From Candidatus Rifleibacteriota bacterium (GTDB lineage: Bacteria > Muiribacteriota > Ozemobacteria > Ozemobacterales > Ozemobacteraceae), in the NCBI GenBank assembly GCA_051747585.1, contig JBNJGH010000112.1, positions 1-10,388 on the forward strand: 10,388 bases of DNA. The letters run 5' to 3'. Below, one piece after another: positions 5,950 to 10,388 of the stretch; position 1 is the first letter of the stretch; each line of letters begins with the position of its first letter. A model generated the notes under the pieces. It saw nothing but the letters and a program-made list of their open reading frames with translations, was not told where the DNA came from and did not search any database. The position numbers and the translations under genes were made by a program.

Positions 5950-5980
5950 AGGTCTTTTTTTGCATTGCAACATCCTATGC

Positions 5981-6009
5981 TTGATATGCACAATTTTTTA
6001 TGCTACGCT
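5981..6009 (+). promoter_or_regulatory. Putative sigma70-type promoter (extended -10) for the kinase gene
   Basis: TTGATA (5981-5986), 17-nt spacer, TACGCT (6004-6009) preceded by TGc. SD AAGGAG at 6034-6039. Confidence 0.45.
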
Positions 6010-6043
6010 GCAGCATAAGAGATCAGATTTTCCAAGGAGCAGT

Positions 6044-7543
6044 ATGACAATGGATTGGACATCACTTTTTTCCAGCATTAATTTTGACGACCTGATTCCA
6101 GAATGTTATCGAAAATGGCAGCCTTTCGTTTCTGAAGGTCTGGCCTGGTTTTTAAGCCAGTTAAACGATAAGAAACAGCAGGCAATTCTCGAAGAACAGG
6201 TTGCTCTTGGTCCTTTTGCAGATGCAGCAACAAGACTTGAAACCATTTTAAGAAGGTGCCCCACCCTGCATAAGCTCGGTCAAGTGCTTGCACGCGACAA
6301 ACGCCTGGATGAGAAACTTAGAAAGCGGCTGCAAAGACTCGAAATGCTGACTCCGGCGTATTCAACAGAGGATGTAAAAAAACTGCTTGAAAAAGAAAAT
6401 ATTGATTTAACCAATATAGCTCTTGCAGACAAGCCACTTGCAGAGGCTTCTGTTGCTGTAGTGATTCCTTTCGAATTCAAGGATAAAAACAAAACCACGA
6501 CAGGTGTTTTCAAAGTGGTCAGGCCTGAGGCCGAAGAAGCACTTAAAGAAGAGCTCGAACTATGGCCACAGCTTGGCAAAGCCTTAGAAAAGATTTGCGA
6601 TAATTTGAAACTTCCAAGGCTTGAATTCGCAGAAACTCTTTCAGATTCAGCCCAGCTAGTTGCTGATGAAGTCAGACTTGAAAGAGAACAGGCAAATTTG
6701 AAAAGGGCGGCAGAACTTTATAAAGATATCGAAGAAGTTGAGATTCCCGAAGTTCTTCCCTGGTGCACCAATCGAGTAACTGCCATGACCTTTGTAAAAG
6801 GGAAGAAATTAAGTGAAGCTCTGGATGAAAATCCCGACAAGCGTCGTGATATTGCAGAAAAATTAATTGATGGCTTGATAGCAAAACCTTTCTGGATGGG
6901 AGAAACCTGGTCTATTTTTCATGGTGACCCCCATGGGGGAAACATATTTTTAAATGAAGAAGGAAAAATAGTTCCTCTCGACTGGAGCCTTTCGGTAGAA
7001 TTACCCAAGAATGAAAGAGTCTCTTTGTTGCAGCTTCTTATAGGAGGCTTAAAACTTGATTCCAGTGCTATTATGCAGGCTCTCGGACAGCTAGGGATAG
7101 CCACTGACAGAGAAAAGCTCAAAAAAGTCGCTACCTGGAGCGTTCAACAGATAAGAGAAGGTTCATTTCCCGGTTTTTACTGGGTTCTAGCAGTGCTGGA
7201 CCGGGCAATTGAGTTTGGTGGTCTTGGATTAAGAGCCGAGCTGGCATTGTTTAGAAAATCTCTTTTTTCTTTACTGACGCTGGTAGACGATATTTTTCCT
7301 GAAGCGGTTTCTGATTCGGTAGTTGTTGGAGCAGGTCTTGCTAAATTAGCGGAAGAATTACCATTTAGAGCTTTTACCAACCCGTTTTCCAGAGATTGGA
7401 ACACCCATGTTTCGACTGCAGAAATTATGAATATATGCACAAGTCTGCCAATAACGGCAACAAGATTCTGGCTTGGCAGCTGGCAGGATTCTTTACGAAG
7501 AATTTCATCAGCTTCTACCAAAGAAAAGCAACAGAACCAATAG
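6044..7543 (+). CDS. ABC1/UbiB/AarF-family atypical protein kinase-like protein
   Basis: UbiB-family motifs: PTLHKLGQVLA (KxGQ), PLAEASVAVV (Ala-rich loop), VFKVVRP, E..N (LEREQANL), MTFVKG, FHGDPHGGNI (catalytic loop) and LDWS (DFG position). Start moved to ATG 6044 (or 6050) after the SD AAGGAG; the track's 5924 start lies inside a repeat. Confidence 0.88.
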   Translation: MTMDWTSLFSSINFDDLIPECYRKWQPFVSEGLAWFLSQLNDKKQQAILEEQVALGPFADAATRLETILRRCPTLHKLGQVLARDKRLDEKLRKRLQRLEMLTPAYSTEDVKKLLEKENIDLTNIALADKPLAEASVAVVIPFEFKDKNKTTTGVFKVVRPEAEEALKEELELWPQLGKALEKICDNLKLPRLEFAETLSDSAQLVADEVRLEREQANLKRAAELYKDIEEVEIPEVLPWCTNRVTAMTFVKGKKLSEALDENPDKRRDIAEKLIDGLIAKPFWMGETWSIFHGDPHGGNIFLNEEGKIVPLDWSLSVELPKNERVSLLQLLIGGLKLDSSAIMQALGQLGIATDREKLKKVATWSVQQIREGSFPGFYWVLAVLDRAIEFGGLGLRAELALFRKSLFSLLTLVDDIFPEAVSDSVVVGAGLAKLAEELPFRAFTNPFSRDWNTHVSTAEIMNICTSLPITATRFWLGSWQDSLRRISSASTKEKQQNQ

Positions 7544-7596
7544 AGAGAAATTTTATTGCCAACCCTGGTCTATTCGGGCTACTATTGAATTCATTT

Positions 7597-9786
7597 TCAG
7601 GAGTTGTTTGATAATTCAGCATATTTTCGTTTTAACCAGCGCCTCAGCCATATAAAGACAAAACTAATTGCTATACCAGCCAACAGCAAATTTATCAGAC
7701 GGGGTGTACCGGGCTCTCTTAAAGTTTCCACAAAGCTTTCTGTTATAAAAGCTGTGGCAAGAATTCCAGGAAACATCCCCAGGAAAGAACCAAGAACAAA
7801 ATCTTTAAAAGTTATATATGAAATTCCAGCGATAATATTAACTACCGCAAAAGGAGCAACGGGAATTATTCTAAAGGTAATTATGGTAAGAAGTCCTCTA
7901 ACTGCCAATGTCCTTCTAATTTTCCTAACTCTTTCTCCAAAATATTTTTCGACAAATTTGCGACCAAGTAATTTACCAACATAAAAGCCTGCTATTGCAG
8001 CAATTTGTGAGCCAACAACAGCGTATAAAAGACCAAGCCATGGGCCAAACACCATAACGGTTGCAAGAATCATAAGGGTAATTGGTATTGAAAATATCCC
8101 GGCGAAAGCATATGAAATAAATATTAAAACAGGGGTAAATGCGTGACCAGTCATCTCCTTGCCAATTTCTGTTAATTTGTCAATATTCAGCCACTCACCT
8201 GCAGGAGTTAGATGCCATAAAGCCAACAGCCCAAGCACTATAAAGAGAAAAAAAACAGATTTAAGCCAATACTGCCAGGGCTTTTCTACCTTTTCGGTAG
8301 TAAAAACGTAATCGAGAAAATCTTCTGAATATACCGGTTTTTCAGGATCAATTAAAACCGAATCGGGTACTATAAGATCGACATCAGGAGGTAGTTCCTT
8401 ATTCAATTCAACTAAAGTATGATCTTTCTTGCCAGCCAGACTATCAATGGCAGCTATGAGAGTTTTATTTTCTTCTTCAGCCCGAGCAACTTTTTTAATA
8501 CTTACGCCCAGATGTTCTGCAAGCAGATCACGGCGAAAATTCCTGATTTTATCAAAACATTTATTTTCGCTGTTAGCCTCAAAGGCAAGGTCGCATTCTG
8601 AATCCAAACCCATTGATCTGTTACTTATATTAGACGAGCCTATACGAACAAATTTATCGTCAATAACCATAACCTTTGCATGAATCATTAAAGAAACGTC
8701 TTTTTTTTGATCAAGCCTTACAAAATATGCCTTCAACCTTTTGAACTCATCGGCCTGATGTAGCTTTTTTAAAAGTCGAGTCCGTAAAACGTCCATTGTA
8801 TGGTGCTCGAGCCAACCCCGAATATGCTCGGGAAGTATAATAATAATCTCGGGACCGTCTTTTTCTTTAAGCCGCTTTTCAAGAGCTTTGCCAATACTGT
8901 AAGAGCTTAAGAACTGATTTTCGATATAGATAAATTTTTCAGCTGCGGCAATGCTGTCAAGATAGAGTTTTTCTACTTCTCTTATTTCAGATCTTTCTTT
9001 AAACTCCGGAAAAGTTCTTGCGATTCCTACCTGAATATTATCAATCCAGTCTTTTACAAATGCGGGCCATAATTTTCCAATATCTTTGACAACTGTTGGT
9101 TCTACAGGCTCTACACCATTTGCATCACTCCATCTTTTTCTTGCCAGCTGACTAAGGCTTTTTGCTGCATCTCCTGCCACCATCATGTGAACATCATGAA
9201 AAGTCGAGTAAGGATTCTTTTCCGGATCAATTCTAAGCTTGTTTTTAACTTTATGTTCTCTGGTATCCCAGCGGCATCTGGTCAAATCAAGGCCACCTGC
9301 AAAAGCTAACGAATCATCGATCGTCACAATTTTTTGATGCTGAGCACCACCCAGCGGATGCTCGGAATCAAGATTGAAATACAGTCGCTCACCGGTTTTC
9401 CAATAAAGCTTCAGGTGAGAAAACAACTCACGCTCCATGGCATAGATCATGGCAAAATCCCAGTCAAGAATGTAAATATGCAAATCCGGTTTATTTTCAG
9501 CTAGAAAAGCGAGTAAGTCTCCAAGAGTCTCGGGATAATCATCTTCTATACCATTTCTAACCAACTTTAAGGCACTGTGAATATCCCAGCCGACTATAAA
9601 GATAGATTTTTCCGCATTAATCATTGCCTCGCGCATTGCGCGAAAACAATTTTCGCCATCGATAAGCCATGAAGCTCGAACGGCATGATCAAGACGCCAG
9701 CAATTTTTTCCCTGCTGAATTATATTGCCGGCATCATTCGATTTGCTATCGCTACTGAAGTTTGTGGATTTATTTTTATCAGTCAT
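7597..9786 (-). CDS. Phospholipase D-family protein with a C-terminal DedA/VTT (SNARE-associated, TVP38-like) membrane domain
   Basis: 729 aa. Two HKD motifs: HQKIVTIDDSLAFAGGLDL and HAKVMVIDDKFVRIGSSN. Also IYIENQF and RSMGLDSECD. The hydrophobic C-terminal ~220 aa carries VFGPWLG, GFYVGKLLG and RIIPVAPF..VN...G, typical of DedA/VTT. Confidence 0.92.
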   Translation of the reverse strand: MTDKNKSTNFSSDSKSNDAGNIIQQGKNCWRLDHAVRASWLIDGENCFRAMREAMINAEKSIFIVGWDIHSALKLVRNGIEDDYPETLGDLLAFLAENKPDLHIYILDWDFAMIYAMERELFSHLKLYWKTGERLYFNLDSEHPLGGAQHQKIVTIDDSLAFAGGLDLTRCRWDTREHKVKNKLRIDPEKNPYSTFHDVHMMVAGDAAKSLSQLARKRWSDANGVEPVEPTVVKDIGKLWPAFVKDWIDNIQVGIARTFPEFKERSEIREVEKLYLDSIAAAEKFIYIENQFLSSYSIGKALEKRLKEKDGPEIIIILPEHIRGWLEHHTMDVLRTRLLKKLHQADEFKRLKAYFVRLDQKKDVSLMIHAKVMVIDDKFVRIGSSNISNRSMGLDSECDLAFEANSENKCFDKIRNFRRDLLAEHLGVSIKKVARAEEENKTLIAAIDSLAGKKDHTLVELNKELPPDVDLIVPDSVLIDPEKPVYSEDFLDYVFTTEKVEKPWQYWLKSVFFLFIVLGLLALWHLTPAGEWLNIDKLTEIGKEMTGHAFTPVLIFISYAFAGIFSIPITLMILATVMVFGPWLGLLYAVVGSQIAAIAGFYVGKLLGRKFVEKYFGERVRKIRRTLAVRGLLTIITFRIIPVAPFAVVNIIAGISYITFKDFVLGSFLGMFPGILATAFITESFVETLREPGTPRLINLLLAGIAISFVFIWLRRWLKRKYAELSNNS

Positions 9787-9803
9787 CTTTTAAGACAGAA
9801 TAT

Positions 9804-10388
9804 TCAGTGCTCGGATTGATCGGGATCATGGCCTATGAGGCAATTAGGAGTAGTTCCGCCGTCTGAATTTATTTTTCTGGAACCGGGTCTTCTAATGCCT
9901 TTTTTCAATCTGGTTCTGGACTCAACATAATCAACCAGAATTTTACCCAGCTCAAGGGCATCTTTTGCTCTGGTATTCGAATAAAATGTCATATATTTTA
10001 CTGCCAGTTCTTCGTTTCCGCTTTTCATTAAAGCCTGAATTGTTGCCTCAACATCTTTTTGTTCCTCAAAAAGTTTGTCCTCAAATTCAATTAATGAATT
10101 TTGAACATCTTCAAGAAAGATTTCGGGGTTTTCGCTTGTATGGTAAAGCAGTCTTTTAAACAGTCTTCCGGCAAACAAGGTTGCTTCCTGACTTTGAAAC
10201 TCAGTAGTAAGGAATTTTCTTCCGGCATCTTTGTAAAGATAGCGATGTTGTCCGAATTCTGGTGGCACTTCGGAAACACCAACCCGATAAGGAATAAATG
10301 GTGCTGTAACTGAGCCGGTCGGAGCAATCCATAACAGGTGACAAATGCCATTTTTACGTTTTACAAGGCGGGCGACCTGGCCATAACC
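9804..10388 (-). CDS. C-terminal part of a probable C69-family dipeptidase (partial, starts beyond the window)
   Basis: The frame is open to the window edge: GYGQVARLVKRKNGICHLLWIAPTGSVTAPFIPYRVGVSEVPPEFGQHRY... The LW-x-A...PFIPY-x-x-G-x-x-x-VP pattern followed by a helical tail resembles C69 peptidases. The catalytic N-terminal Cys is outside the window. Confidence 0.6.
   Translation of the reverse strand, partial: GYGQVARLVKRKNGICHLLWIAPTGSVTAPFIPYRVGVSEVPPEFGQHRYLYKDAGRKFLTTEFQSQEATLFAGRLFKRLLYHTSENPEIFLEDVQNSLIEFEDKLFEEQKDVEATIQALMKSGNEELAVKYMTFYSNTRAKDALELGKILVDYVESRTRLKKGIRRPGSRKINSDGGTTPNCLIGHDPDQSEH

Noticed and set aside
4581..5961. CRISPR array
   Set aside because: The repeats differ from each other in sequence and length, are irregularly spaced, and there are no cas genes.
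5924..6043. N-terminal extension of the kinase from GTG 5924
   Set aside because: It starts inside a palindromic repeat and spans the predicted promoter. The SD AAGGAG supports ATG 6044/6050.
7544..7596. Bidirectional intrinsic terminator between the convergent kinase and PLD genes
   Set aside because: I found no convincing GC-rich stem with a flanking T-tract.
6078..10351. Short ORFs overlapping the kinase, PLD fusion and peptidase genes
   Set aside because: They are shadow ORFs on the opposite strand or in alternate frames of long, motif-bearing genes.

Overview
AT-rich bacterial chromosomal window; the taxon cannot be determined from the sequence alone. Left block (minus strand): a probable operon of tldD, tldE/pmbA and a MATE transporter, followed by the 5' end of a signal-peptide protein missing from the ORF track. 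Right block: an ABC1/UbiB-family atypical kinase (+) converging on a phospholipase D (two HKD motifs) fused to a DedA/VTT domain (-), which is preceded by the 3' part of a probable C69-family peptidase (-). Between the divergent tldD and kinase genes lies a ~1.4 kb accessory patch (about 4580-5960). It holds an unannotated vapB-like antitoxin pseudogene with no toxin partner, a GNAT acetyltransferase, and a dense set of different palindromic REP-like elements. These include a ~190-nt nested multi-branched structure with a 32-bp arm. This repeat-punctuated patch, with no integrase or transposase in the window, is the most interesting part. Family assignments come from motif recognition by eye; no searches were run.
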